The translations under genes and the position numbers were made by a program. A stretch of DNA of 44,950 nt. Source: a virus (Duplodnaviria; Caudoviricetes). Positions 1-9,606 of this stretch are shown here, in pieces. The notes beneath the pieces are model-generated. The model made no database searches. It saw only the letters and a list, made by a program, of their open reading frames with translations, and had not been told where the DNA came from. The DNA is taken from IMG/VR virus record IMGVR_UViG_3300020388_000025, positions 1-44,950 of that record; one strand, given 5' to 3'. Each line of letters starts with the position of its first letter. Position 1 is the first letter of the stretch.

Positions 1-1
1 A

Positions 2-1414
2 AAGAACGTTGTAGCTCAAGCTAATTCATTAGCAATTCAAGCTCAAAGTGAATCTGTAAAAAAGCCTGAAGCCACTTCACAAAATGAGTCTGTAGAGGTG
101 GTAACTGAAGCATATTCTAAAAATTTAACTGATAAAGATGTAGATGCTCAATTTAAATCCATGAGAGACCCTGAATCATTTTATGGTGATTTAGATACTG
201 CAAGAGCAGATATGAAAAAAGACTATAGTCCTAAGAATTCAGCAAGACCAAAAGTTTGGACTGCATTAAGCTATCCTGTCAGAGATGGAGATTATTACTT
301 TGCATTTATTGATAAGAATCAAAAGAATAATATGAAGTATAATGAAAAGATGAACGATGCACTTAAAGTAGCATTAAAGGGTGGTGATAAAAAGTCTGTA
401 GATGATATGTGGTCTGTTGTATCAAGAGAACTAAGAACATATCCTAAGAGTTTAGGTTGGAATGATACTATGACTCGTGAAGAACTTTACGGAGCTATTC
501 AACATATGTTAGGAAAAATTAGTGAATCAAACATTATTGAAAAATCTTTAAAAACAAAAGCTGGCATTATGGTTGGTAAAAGATCAAAGGCTCCTAAATA
601 CGAATCAACGGGTATCACAGAGGCAGTCAAAACTGTAGGACCTAAATGGCAAATAGCTAAAAAAGTATTTCCTATAACTCCAAACCAATGGAAAAAAGAA
701 TGGAAAGATAAATATAACGTTGAATTTATCAAAGTAGAAAAGAAAAGAATTTTTAAAGGACAACCAGATCAAACATTTGTATATGTAAAAGGTGAAGAAA
801 AAGATTTAGCTAATTGGTTTATGCAAGTCTATTCTAAACTTCCTGGTATGAATGTTCCATTATTTAAAAGTATGCCTAAGACTTTAGCTATGGTTAAAGA
901 TGCAGATGATGGTCGTAATTTTGGTTTAACCAAAGAATCAAATGATATTAAAGAAGGTTTTAAGCTATCTGATGAAATGATAAGAAGAAAGTTTCCAAAT
1001 GTTTGGGCTGCTAGCGCAAAAGAACCTAAAGTTTTAGATATGTTTCATAAGTCTGTAAATACAGCTAATATGAATGTTAAGACAAAAGCTTATCAAAAAT
1101 TAACGATAGGAAAATTTATTCGTGATGAATTAAATGGTGGTTATTTAGATAGAGAAATTATTAAAAAGCTTAATCTAAAAGCAAGTAATAATTTCTCAGC
1201 TTTAAGAGGAAAGCTCAATGATGTAAAAGAAGCTAACTTTGAATTCGTTGATATGGATAAAAAGACAAGAGATATCGTAGTTAACCTTGCAAAGAAGCAT
1301 GGTGTAAAAGTTAAAGAAAGAAAAAAAGGTAACCTAAGTAATTTAGATTTAGAAGGACCTAATAATAAGATGGGTAAGTTCATGGAACAATTACCACCGG
1401 AGGCATTAGAATAA
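2..1414 (+). CDS. Lys-rich probable internal head/virion protein, 5'-truncated
   Basis: Frame is open from position 2, so the true start lies upstream. Repeated hydrophobic-x-E-(A/S/G) motifs (VTEA, ISES, ITEA, IKEG, VKEA) resemble T4 gp21 cleavage sites. Confidence 0.55.
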   Translation, partial: KNVVAQANSLAIQAQSESVKKPEATSQNESVEVVTEAYSKNLTDKDVDAQFKSMRDPESFYGDLDTARADMKKDYSPKNSARPKVWTALSYPVRDGDYYFAFIDKNQKNNMKYNEKMNDALKVALKGGDKKSVDDMWSVVSRELRTYPKSLGWNDTMTREELYGAIQHMLGKISESNIIEKSLKTKAGIMVGKRSKAPKYESTGITEAVKTVGPKWQIAKKVFPITPNQWKKEWKDKYNVEFIKVEKKRIFKGQPDQTFVYVKGEEKDLANWFMQVYSKLPGMNVPLFKSMPKTLAMVKDADDGRNFGLTKESNDIKEGFKLSDEMIRRKFPNVWAASAKEPKVLDMFHKSVNTANMNVKTKAYQKLTIGKFIRDELNGGYLDREIIKKLNLKASNNFSALRGKLNDVKEANFEFVDMDKKTRDIVVNLAKKHGVKVKERKKGNLSNLDLEGPNNKMGKFMEQLPPEALE

Positions 1415-2091
1415 TGAAATCATTTAAAGGATATGTTAATGAAGGAATGGACTTCAGTAAGATTATTAAAATCAGTGTAGGCGTAGAACATAAAAACGAT
1501 AAAATGTTTGAAGCTTTATTAAAGAAAGAAGACTTTGGTTACAATGGACCAATGGATAAATCAAGATATGAAAAATTAGGTTTAGATGAATTTATTATTG
1601 TTGGACCAGATACACCTGTAATGAAATGGGTATCAAAGAATAAAAAGTTTATAGTTAAATTAGCTAAATTACCAATGCCTAAAATAACATTTGCATCTGT
1701 AGATGTAAATCAATATGGTGGTAAAAACCTTGTAGAAAAGACTATGAGTAAGAAGCAAAAAGATGAATTTGATAAGCTTTATAAAAAAATGGATGGTGGT
1801 AAAGAACATCAAGCAATTAAAAGAAAGGAAAAAAATCCTGTAAAAGCTGACGATATGTTTCACGCTCTTGTTATGAAAAAAATAATAGGTGAAGCAATAG
1901 ATCACCCTGCATTTATAAATGTAACTTTACAAGATTTTGCTAAGCACATGAAAAGAATTAAACCTCATGCTAAAAAGGCTGGTACTAAATTAACAGTACA
2001 AGGTTCAGATGTAAAGGTTGATGGTTTAGCAACAGCAATTAAAAAGATGTTTGATTATATGACATCAGATGGGAAGGGATTCTATGAGTAA
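1414..2091 (+). CDS. Probable internal head protein
   Basis: N-terminus MKSFKGYVNEG resembles the T4 IP capsid-targeting sequence; TAATG coupling to the upstream gene. Confidence 0.6.
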   Translation: MKSFKGYVNEGMDFSKIIKISVGVEHKNDKMFEALLKKEDFGYNGPMDKSRYEKLGLDEFIIVGPDTPVMKWVSKNKKFIVKLAKLPMPKITFASVDVNQYGGKNLVEKTMSKKQKDEFDKLYKKMDGGKEHQAIKRKEKNPVKADDMFHALVMKKIIGEAIDHPAFINVTLQDFAKHMKRIKPHAKKAGTKLTVQGSDVKVDGLATAIKKMFDYMTSDGKGFYE

Positions 2092-2389
2092 GCATGACCC
2101 AAGACCAATACAAGAAGTATTAGAAGCTGTTAGACAAACTGCAGCTAAAACATTAGAAGAAGCAAACTTAAGTCAAGAAGAAATAGACGAAAGAGCTGCT
2201 TTAGTTATGAATCATACACATATAATAGATGTTATTTTAAAAGACTTACATGCGATGTTGTTAAAACAAATGACAAAAGGTAAAACAGAACTTGCAAATA
2301 ATGTTGCTGGCCTAGTAGGATTAAAAGTAACTACTAAGGGTCAAGAAAGAAATAAAGCATATATGTATGATCTAACAAAAGGCAAATGA
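2069..2389 (+). CDS. Hypothetical protein (start may be the later Met, MSKHDPRP)
   Basis: ORF track; tightly packed with neighbours. Confidence 0.6.
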   Translation: MGRDSMSKHDPRPIQEVLEAVRQTAAKTLEEANLSQEEIDERAALVMNHTHIIDVILKDLHAMLLKQMTKGKTELANNVAGLVGLKVTTKGQERNKAYMYDLTKGK

Positions 2390-2559
2390 TTAGATTTAAA
2401 TTATTTAATGAAGATAAGTTTAGCAAATATAATGAATTGCTAGATAAAAAGAAAGCTCTTATGCAAACAGATGATAAAAATATGGCTAAGGCTGTAGCAA
2501 AAGCTATGCTTAGAGTAGATAAACAAATAAAAGAAATAGAAAAACAATTAGAATTATGA
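2386..2559 (+). CDS. 57-aa hypothetical protein, not in the ORF track
   Basis: MIRFKLFNEDKFSKY...IEKQLEL; ATGA overlaps at both ends fill the gap exactly. Confidence 0.7.
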   Translation: MIRFKLFNEDKFSKYNELLDKKKALMQTDDKNMAKAVAKAMLRVDKQIKEIEKQLEL

Positions 2560-2897
2560 AATCATTTAAAACATTTTTTGAAAACAAAGGCCCATGTTGG
2601 CCAGGCTATGTTCAAGTAGGAACAAAGATGAAGAATGGAAAGAAGGTTCCTAATTGTGTTCCTAAAGAAAATGTACAAGAAGGGCCTGGTAAGAATAAAG
2701 GCGAAACCTGGGAAAAAGGGTTTAAAAGAAGAGTTGTAAAAACAACTAAACCAGAACATAAAGAAGATGGTTATAACTGGAGAATCAAAGGTAAAGAACG
2801 AGACGAGATATCTATTAAGCTTTACAAATCAAAACCAAGTTATGACGAATATACAAAACAAATGAAAAGGGTAGCAGGACATGAATTCGGAGGTTAG
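2556..2897 (+). CDS. Probable internal head protein with CWPGY...VPNCV motif
   Basis: MKSFKTFFEN targeting-like start; Cys-pair motif familiar from marine T4-like phage proteins. Confidence 0.65.
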   Translation: MKSFKTFFENKGPCWPGYVQVGTKMKNGKKVPNCVPKENVQEGPGKNKGETWEKGFKRRVVKTTKPEHKEDGYNWRIKGKERDEISIKLYKSKPSYDEYTKQMKRVAGHEFGG

Positions 2898-3279
2898 AAC
2901 ATTTTCTGAATGGAAAGAAAGGTTTGCTATATATGAAGGCAAACACGTTCCATTAGAACAACCAATGGTTGCTTTGTCCGAAGCTGAATATGATGGAAGA
3001 AAGGTGGAACTCGATAAACCAAGTCGTAGTTCTGGTGGTAAAAAATATCAAGTGTATGTAAAGAATCCAAAGACTGGTAATGTAATGAAGATTATGTTTG
3101 GTGATGAAAAAGGTGGATTGTCAGCTGACATAGGCGATAGAGATGCTGCAAGAAACTTTGCTAGTAGACACAATTGTGATACGAAGAATGATAAAACAAA
3201 AGCTGGTTATTGGGCATGTAGATTACCATGGTATGCAAAAGAATTAGGAATGAAAGGTGGCGGTAGATACTTCTGGTAA
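2881..3279 (+). CDS. Conserved hypothetical phage protein
   Basis: KKYQVYVKNPKTGNV...FASRHNC...AGYWAC motif. Confidence 0.65.
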   Translation: MNSEVRTFSEWKERFAIYEGKHVPLEQPMVALSEAEYDGRKVELDKPSRSSGGKKYQVYVKNPKTGNVMKIMFGDEKGGLSADIGDRDAARNFASRHNCDTKNDKTKAGYWACRLPWYAKELGMKGGGRYFW

Positions 3280-3556
3280 TTTAGATTTTCCATTTATGGA
3301 AGAATACGCATGTGATAAAGGTATTGTTCGTACCTTTGATCCTGAGCGTGATGATTCAGAATATGTCTGGCATCGCGATCACGAAGATCGAGAAATCGAA
3401 GTACTGAGTGGTGAAGGTTGGCAATTTCAATATGAAGGATGCTTACCGTATTTATTAGAAAAGGGTATGATCTTTGATATTGCAAAAGGTGAATTTCATA
3501 GATTAGTAAGAGGTGTTACAGCCTTAAAATGCAGGATAATAAAGAAAAATGGATAA
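3257..3556 (+). CDS. Small cupin-fold protein (start uncertain)
   Basis: WHRDHEDREIEVLSGEGW...GEFHRL cupin-type His motifs. Confidence 0.6.
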   Translation: MAVDTSGNLDFPFMEEYACDKGIVRTFDPERDDSEYVWHRDHEDREIEVLSGEGWQFQYEGCLPYLLEKGMIFDIAKGEFHRLVRGVTALKCRIIKKNG

Positions 3557-3863
3557 CGAAACACAAGTTTACACAATACAAGCACAAAGGCTTGATCGTA
3601 TTGAGGAAAAACTAGATCAAATGGGTGAAGCCATTGTGATGTTAGCGCGAGCAGAAGAAAAGATATCTACCTTGACAAGTTTTAGTAAACAACAGTCAGA
3701 GCAGATTTTAAATATTATAAATAGATTAGACAGAGTTGATAATAACGTTAATAGCAATTCCAACACTGTCGCATTAATTAATAAAGTTTTTTGGTTAATT
3801 GTTGCAGGCTTAATAGCAGCATTTACCTGGGAAATGGTATTACATAGTGGTTTAATTAACTAG
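3549..3863 (+). CDS. Coiled-coil protein with C-terminal TM helix (holin/XhlA-like topology)
   Basis: RLDRIEEKLD heptads, then VFWLIVAGLIAAFTW. Confidence 0.5.
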   Translation: MDNETQVYTIQAQRLDRIEEKLDQMGEAIVMLARAEEKISTLTSFSKQQSEQILNIINRLDRVDNNVNSNSNTVALINKVFWLIVAGLIAAFTWEMVLHSGLIN

Positions 3864-3874
3864 GAGGTTAACAA

Positions 3875-4528
3875 ATGAGACTACAGGATAAAGAAGGCCT
3901 TGAGATTGCCTCCACCGTATTAGACGTGTTGGAAGGTAAAGTCAAGAAAGAAAACAAAAAGAAAGATGATGTACAAGAAGTCGAAGAGCCAAAAGCAAAA
4001 GGCGAAAAAGATTTCAAAGACAAGCATGTTAAAAAAGTATCTGGTATGAAAAACGACGGGACAAACATTAAAGAAGCAAAAAAGCTTAAAGCCGGTCGTG
4101 GTAAAGCGACAATAGATGTAGATCACACCGGCCAAGGTATTCCAGCAGCTGAAAAGAAATACAAAGTCAAATTTAAGAAAAATAAATTTGGTGGTATGGA
4201 TGTTACAGGTGATAAGAAAAACATTCTAGCTTATATGCAAGCTAGTGATGGCCATGGCATGGACTCAGATGATTTAGAAGAACTATATCCAGAACTTATG
4301 GAAGGATATAAAAAATCTAAAAAAGAAGCTGTCGATGAAACAGAACTAGAAGATGATAAAGAAGAAACTGATGAAGCTTCAGAGAAGCAAAAGAAATATC
4401 AGGCATTCTTTCAGAAAGCACTTAAGAAATTTGGAGTAAAATCTCCAGCCGAATTGGAAGGCGATAAGAAAAAAGAATTTTTTGATTACGTTGATGCTAA
4501 TTACGAAGGCGATAACGAGGAAGACTAA
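3875..4528 (+). CDS. Highly charged probable prohead core/internal protein
   Basis: GGAGG RBS; E/K-rich with several x-x-E-A/G sites. Confidence 0.55.
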   Translation: MRLQDKEGLEIASTVLDVLEGKVKKENKKKDDVQEVEEPKAKGEKDFKDKHVKKVSGMKNDGTNIKEAKKLKAGRGKATIDVDHTGQGIPAAEKKYKVKFKKNKFGGMDVTGDKKNILAYMQASDGHGMDSDDLEELYPELMEGYKKSKKEAVDETELEDDKEETDEASEKQKKYQAFFQKALKKFGVKSPAELEGDKKKEFFDYVDANYEGDNEED

Positions 4529-4992
4529 TGGATTTTTTTAAAGTAAGAAACAAACTATATATAGATGAAGCGTTTAAATTACCTAAACCACCATTTAAAA
4601 CTATGCACATTACTGGATTCAGTGCTAAATTAAAAATGAATCAAGAAGCTATGCATGATGATAATACTGGACCACAAGTTATTAAAGATGTTAAGTCAGC
4701 TTTAAAAATAGTAGAAAAGCATTTCAAAAAATTAGGTTTAAAATATAAAGAAGATGAAGTTCTCAAAGGTCCTAAAACTGTAAAAGGTTTTAAATTTGGT
4801 TCTGGAGCAGCTGATTTTGAATTAGATATCTATCCAGGGTTTCCTGGTAAAAACCCTACCGTACCATCTGGTAAAGTAACGGGTGATATTAATTTTGATG
4901 ATATGGTAACTGAATTAGGTAAGCTTAAATCATTTGTTAACTTTCCAAGAAGTGATTGGAGTGTTAACTACGGCGAACCTGGCAAGAAGTAA
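4528..4992 (+). CDS. Hypothetical protein, possibly internal head
   Basis: MDFFKVRNKLYIDEA N-terminus; TAATG coupling. Confidence 0.55.
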   Translation: MDFFKVRNKLYIDEAFKLPKPPFKTMHITGFSAKLKMNQEAMHDDNTGPQVIKDVKSALKIVEKHFKKLGLKYKEDEVLKGPKTVKGFKFGSGAADFELDIYPGFPGKNPTVPSGKVTGDINFDDMVTELGKLKSFVNFPRSDWSVNYGEPGKK

Positions 4993-5025
4993 AAATTAAA
5001 TTAACCGAGAGGTTATATATAATAT

Positions 5026-5397
5026 ATGATGGATAATTTTGAAGTATTGACGCATAAGAACTTTAAACTCTATGCGGCTAAAATGTATAATAATCCTGAG
5101 TGTTTAGATGTTAATGAGTTTAAACAAGACCTTAATAGATTTAAATACCTAAAGAGATTATTAAAGCGATATGAGTTAACTGGAGACCTCCAGGAAAGAC
5201 TGATACTAAATCATATTATAGTATTATATAATGTGTTTGGTATAGAAGCATGTAATAAGATGATGTGGTATAAGATCAATGAGGAACATTGGCATTATCT
5301 TAAACCATTTTTAGTTTATCTTAATTACTTACCTGAAGGTGAAAAGGTTACAATTACCATGGATCCATATATCATAGAAGTATTAAGAGAAATATAA
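5026..5397 (+). CDS. Conserved T4-like hypothetical protein
   Basis: YNNPEC...DLNRFKYLKRLLKRY...ERLILNHIIVLYNVFG, typical of marine T4-like phages. Confidence 0.75.
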   Translation: MMDNFEVLTHKNFKLYAAKMYNNPECLDVNEFKQDLNRFKYLKRLLKRYELTGDLQERLILNHIIVLYNVFGIEACNKMMWYKINEEHWHYLKPFLVYLNYLPEGEKVTITMDPYIIEVLREI

Positions 5398-5979
5398 ATG
5401 GGATTATTAAGTAGAGCAGCAGATACCGCATACGCTTTTAGGTTTCTAAAATTGTTTGTTACACCATTCAATAAAACAAAAGCATTTGAATTAGGCATCA
5501 TTGACGAAAAGGGTAAGAATCAAATTAAGATTCGTGACCTTGGTACTCAAGATCAAAGATCAGCTTATACTGTATTCCATAGATTAGTTTTTAATCTCAA
5601 AAAATTATTAGAAAAAATACCTGGCGGTAGGTCAAGATTAGCATCTTATGCAGCTGCACTTTATCTTATAAAAGAAAAAGACCAGCTCAACGACGAAACA
5701 ATAGATTTAATTTTAAATAAAATATCAGAGGATTTAGATTTAGAAGAGTCAAGGGATTACCTAACAGACTTTGAAGAATTAAATCCTGGTAGATATTTTT
5801 TAACTCAAACACTAGCACATCCAATAACTGGTGAAGAGGTTTTTAAAGCAGGTGATATTGTAGTAAATGAAGATATACAAGTACCCGTTGATAAACTTGC
5901 AGGTATAAATATATTTACAGCAATACATGAAAAGACAAAACAAAATGTGTATATAACACATTCAAATATAGAAAGATAA
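5398..5979 (+). CDS. Conserved T4-like hypothetical protein
   Basis: FRFLKLFVTPF...AFELGIIDEKG...FHRLVFNLKKLL...LASYAAALYLIKE. Confidence 0.7.
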   Translation: MGLLSRAADTAYAFRFLKLFVTPFNKTKAFELGIIDEKGKNQIKIRDLGTQDQRSAYTVFHRLVFNLKKLLEKIPGGRSRLASYAAALYLIKEKDQLNDETIDLILNKISEDLDLEESRDYLTDFEELNPGRYFLTQTLAHPITGEEVFKAGDIVVNEDIQVPVDKLAGINIFTAIHEKTKQNVYITHSNIER

Positions 5980-6212
5980 TGGCAACAAAATATACAAAAT
6001 CATTTAACGAATATATCAAACAATGGGAAGATGCAGCAGCTAACTCAGTGTCGAGTGGTGGTGTTGATATGGCTCCTAACGCAATGGGTAGTAAAGCTTT
6101 ACTTAAAAGAAAGAAAAGAGTATATGATGGTCGAACTAAAGAGGGCAGAAAGTTTGTAGAACGAATGCTCGCTAGGAGAGAAAAACGTGAATCAGCTAAA
6201 AAAACTACTTAA
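5979..6212 (+). CDS. Small basic hypothetical protein, possibly internal head
   Basis: KSFNEYIKQWEDAAAN targeting-like segment; TATAAATA at 5904-5911 upstream. Confidence 0.6.
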   Translation: MATKYTKSFNEYIKQWEDAAANSVSSGGVDMAPNAMGSKALLKRKKRVYDGRTKEGRKFVERMLARREKRESAKKTT

Positions 6213-6438
6213 TGGTATAAAGAACTTTTATTATTGGATTAAAAGATACTTTACCCTTAGATATACAATACATATATCATACGATAGCCAATGGGGTAAT
6301 GAAGATGACCAAGTATATAATGGCGTTCGCAAAATAATCAAATCAAATTTCAAAGAACTTAAGTTTAGAACTGAAGATAAAAGGACTGTTCATATTCGTG
6401 GTATGAATGGTTTGCGCTATAGGATAGAGGACGAATAA
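6187..6438 (+). CDS. Hypothetical protein
   Basis: ORF track; GGAG upstream of a GTG start. Confidence 0.55.
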   Translation: MNQLKKLLNGIKNFYYWIKRYFTLRYTIHISYDSQWGNEDDQVYNGVRKIIKSNFKELKFRTEDKRTVHIRGMNGLRYRIEDE

Positions 6439-6815
6439 TGCAACAATTATTAATAGGAATAATACTTATTCTTGGTCTAGGTGGTTGGTATCTATATAAT
6501 GAGAATCAAACCTTAACTGAAAATAATTTAAAATTAGAAGTTGCAGTTGAAGAGCAAAAAGAAGCTATGACTGCAATGAAAGAACAATACGAAAAACAAG
6601 GCAAATCATTAATGCAAATGAGTAAAATGAATGCAGAGATAGAAGCTGAGAAAGCAGAATATCTAGCAATATTTGCCAAACACAATTTAGATAACTTAGC
6701 TTTAAGAAAACCAGGACTTATGGAAAATAGATTCAATAGTGCTAGTGAAGCTGTGATGGAGGGATTAGAAGATGATACAGAAGTTCTTTACAATCTTAAT
6801 ACTACTAGCGATTAG
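6438..6815 (+). CDS. Inner-membrane spanin (Rz-like)
   Basis: N-terminal TM helix plus long coiled coil; overlaps a lipoprotein gene. Confidence 0.7.
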   Translation: MQQLLIGIILILGLGGWYLYNENQTLTENNLKLEVAVEEQKEAMTAMKEQYEKQGKSLMQMSKMNAEIEAEKAEYLAIFAKHNLDNLALRKPGLMENRFNSASEAVMEGLEDDTEVLYNLNTTSD

Positions 6816-7290
6816 TGGTTGTTCTTTATTAGGAACAAAACAAATAGAGGTTGTATCTAAACCTATACAAATAGATATTATGCAACCAGACTTACCAAGA
6901 CCTGTTGAATTAACAGCTCCTTCATGGTATGTTGTATCAGAAGCAAAGATAACTAATCCTTGCAAAAAGCTTGAAGGCGAAACTAAAAGACCAAAGGTAT
7001 GTGATTTAGATCAAAGAGAAAATCCAGATTGGCCTGAAGTTTATACATATCTTGACAGATTTCTTGATGATATGAAAAAACAAAACAATGGAGATATTGT
7101 TTTTGTAGCTACTTCAGTTGGTGATTATAAAGTGATGGCAACAGATATGCAAGAGCTAAAAAGATACATCAAACAATTGGGTGAGGTTGTAATCTATTAT
7201 AGAAATGTTACTATGCCTGATGGTTCACAAGGTAAAGGTGTTGGAATAGAAATAGAAACTCCTGAATCTATCGAAAATATCCGCGGCTAA
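6772..7290 (+). CDS. Outer-membrane spanin lipoprotein (Rz1-like)
   Basis: Signal peptide with lipobox ISG-C; Pro-rich segment; 44-nt overlap with the i-spanin. Confidence 0.7.
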   Translation: MIQKFFTILILLAISGCSLLGTKQIEVVSKPIQIDIMQPDLPRPVELTAPSWYVVSEAKITNPCKKLEGETKRPKVCDLDQRENPDWPEVYTYLDRFLDDMKKQNNGDIVFVATSVGDYKVMATDMQELKRYIKQLGEVVIYYRNVTMPDGSQGKGVGIEIETPESIENIRG

Positions 7291-7304
7291 ATTTAAAATA
7301 AACC

Positions 7305-7333
7305 TTTACAAATCATGTGATTTGTGTTATAAT
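7305..7333 (+). promoter_or_regulatory. Sigma70-type promoter with extended -10 (nrdA)
   Basis: TTTACA-17 nt-TATAAT with TGTGT immediately upstream of the -10. Confidence 0.85.
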
Positions 7334-7344
7334 ATATACTAATT

Positions 7345-9606
7345 ATGAATGAAAAAAGTATTATGTCGATCAATGTTACCAAAAGAGATGGTTCACTACA
7401 ACCTTTCAACTTAGATAAAGTCCACAAAGTATTAGAATGGGCAGTTGAAGATATCAGTGGTGTATCAATGTCTGAAATAGAAATTAAAGCAAACATACAA
7501 TTGTTTGATAAAATTAATGCTTATGATATTCATGAGCTCTTAATTAAATCAGCAGCTGAATTAATATCTGAACATACACCAAATTATCAATTTGTTGCAG
7601 CAAGACTGATCAGTTATAAATTAAGAAAAGAAGTTTATGGTGACTATGCACCATGTTCACTAAGAGATTTAGTAGAACAAAACATAGAACGCGGTGTCTA
7701 TGATTCTGAAATACTACAATGCTATACAATAGATGAGTTAGTAGAATTAGATCAATATATAAAACACGAAAGAGACGATAGTTTTACTTATGCTGGAATG
7801 GAACAATTCCGTGGTAAATATCTAGTACAAGATAGAAGAACTAAAAAGCATTTTGAAACACCGCAAATGTTGTATATGATGATCAGTGCAACATTGTTTT
7901 CTAATTACAAAGAGAACAGAATGAAGTACGTAAAGGAGTATTATGATGCGATTTCTCAATTCTATATATCTTTACCTACGCCGATTATGGCAGGAGTTAG
8001 AACTCCTACGAGACAATTTAGTTCATGCGTCCTTATTGAATCCGGCGATTCCCTGGATAGTATTAATGCTACTGCTACTAGTATTGTTAAGTATATAAGT
8101 AAGAAAGCCGGTATTGGAATAGGTGCAGGTAAAATAAGAGCACTCGGTGCTAAGATTGGTGATGGCTCTGTAGTACATACAGGGTTAATACCTTTTCTAA
8201 AATATTTTCAATCAGCTGTGAAGTCATGCTCCCAAGGAGGTGTACGAGGAGGTGCGGCCACAGTATATTTGCCAATATGGCATTATGAGTTTGAAGATTT
8301 AGTTGTCTTAAAGAATAACAAAGGTACAGACGAAACAAGAGTTCGTCACATGGATTATGCATTTCAATTTAATAAATTAATGTATGAACGATTACTAGAA
8401 GGTGGTAATATTACTTTCTTTGATCCAAATGATGTACCTGAAATATATGATGCATTCTTTAATGACCAAGATAAGTTTAAAGAGCTATATGAAATAGCAG
8501 AAAGAAAAACATCTATTAGAAAAAGAAGCTTACCAGCATTAGAAGTCTTTTCCAGATTTTTAACTGAAAGAAAAGATACAGGTCGAATTTATTTGATGAA
8601 TGTTGACCATGCAAATGAGCATAGTTCTTTTGAAGAAAAGGTAGCACCAATCCACATGAGTAATCTATGTTGTGAAATAGACCTACCTACACAACCCTTA
8701 GAGGCATACGACGATCATACAGGAGAGATATCTCTTTGTACCTTATCTGCAATCAACTGGGGTTTGATTAATGAACCTAAAGAGTTTGAAAAATATTGTA
8801 ATTTATCAGTTCGTGCTTTAGATGAACTTATGGATTATCAACAGTATCCTGTTGCTGCAGCTGAATCAAGTACAAAAAGTCGTAGACCTTTAGGTATAGG
8901 TATTATTAATCTTGCATACTTTTTAGCAAAGAGAGGTTTGAAGTATGACGAATCAGCATTTGAAATAGTAGATGAGTATGCAGAATCATGGTCTTACTAT
9001 CTTATAAAAGCATCAGCCGATCTTGCAAAAGAAAAAGGTAAAATACCATTGAATAGCCATACAAAATATGCCAGTGGAAAGTTACCAATTGATACATATA
9101 AGAGAGCAATAGATAATTTAATAGCGCATAAAGAACGTTTACCGTGGGAAGATTTGCGAAAGCAACTCAGAGAAACTGGCATTCGAAACTCTACGCTGAT
9201 GGCATTGATGCCGGCCGAAACATCTGCTCAAATTAGTAATAGTACAAATGGTATTGAACCTCCAAGAGCTTTAGTATCATATAAACAAAGTAAAGACGGA
9301 GTTATGGCTCAAGTCGTACCCGGTATTTACAATTTAAAAAATAAGTACGATCTGCTATGGGACCATAAGTCACCTAATGGCTATCTAAGTATTTGTGGTA
9401 TATTACAGAAATACGTAGACCAAGGAATATCAGTCAACACTTCATATAATCCAGAATTCTTTGAAGATAATAAAATTCCAATGTCTATTATGTTACAAGA
9501 CTTAGTGAATGCGTACAAATTAGGAATCAAACAATTATATTATTTTAACACCTACGATGGAGCAGGAGAAATGCAAGACGAAGATTGCGAGAGCTGTAAG
9601 ATATGA
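7345..9606 (+). CDS. nrdA: Ribonucleotide reductase class Ia alpha subunit
   Basis: ATP cone (VTKRDG), QFSSCVLI, SNLCCEI, C-terminal CESC. Confidence 0.98.
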   Translation: MNEKSIMSINVTKRDGSLQPFNLDKVHKVLEWAVEDISGVSMSEIEIKANIQLFDKINAYDIHELLIKSAAELISEHTPNYQFVAARLISYKLRKEVYGDYAPCSLRDLVEQNIERGVYDSEILQCYTIDELVELDQYIKHERDDSFTYAGMEQFRGKYLVQDRRTKKHFETPQMLYMMISATLFSNYKENRMKYVKEYYDAISQFYISLPTPIMAGVRTPTRQFSSCVLIESGDSLDSINATATSIVKYISKKAGIGIGAGKIRALGAKIGDGSVVHTGLIPFLKYFQSAVKSCSQGGVRGGAATVYLPIWHYEFEDLVVLKNNKGTDETRVRHMDYAFQFNKLMYERLLEGGNITFFDPNDVPEIYDAFFNDQDKFKELYEIAERKTSIRKRSLPALEVFSRFLTERKDTGRIYLMNVDHANEHSSFEEKVAPIHMSNLCCEIDLPTQPLEAYDDHTGEISLCTLSAINWGLINEPKEFEKYCNLSVRALDELMDYQQYPVAAAESSTKSRRPLGIGIINLAYFLAKRGLKYDESAFEIVDEYAESWSYYLIKASADLAKEKGKIPLNSHTKYASGKLPIDTYKRAIDNLIAHKERLPWEDLRKQLRETGIRNSTLMALMPAETSAQISNSTNGIEPPRALVSYKQSKDGVMAQVVPGIYNLKNKYDLLWDHKSPNGYLSICGILQKYVDQGISVNTSYNPEFFEDNKIPMSIMLQDLVNAYKLGIKQLYYFNTYDGAGEMQDEDCESCKI

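Noticed and set aside
499-6965. Short minus-strand ORFs in the track
   Set aside because: Phe/Leu/Ser-rich shadows of Lys/Glu-rich + strand genes.
7308-7325. NrdR box upstream of nrdA
   Set aside because: An 18-bp palindrome that does not fit the 16-bp NrdR consensus well.
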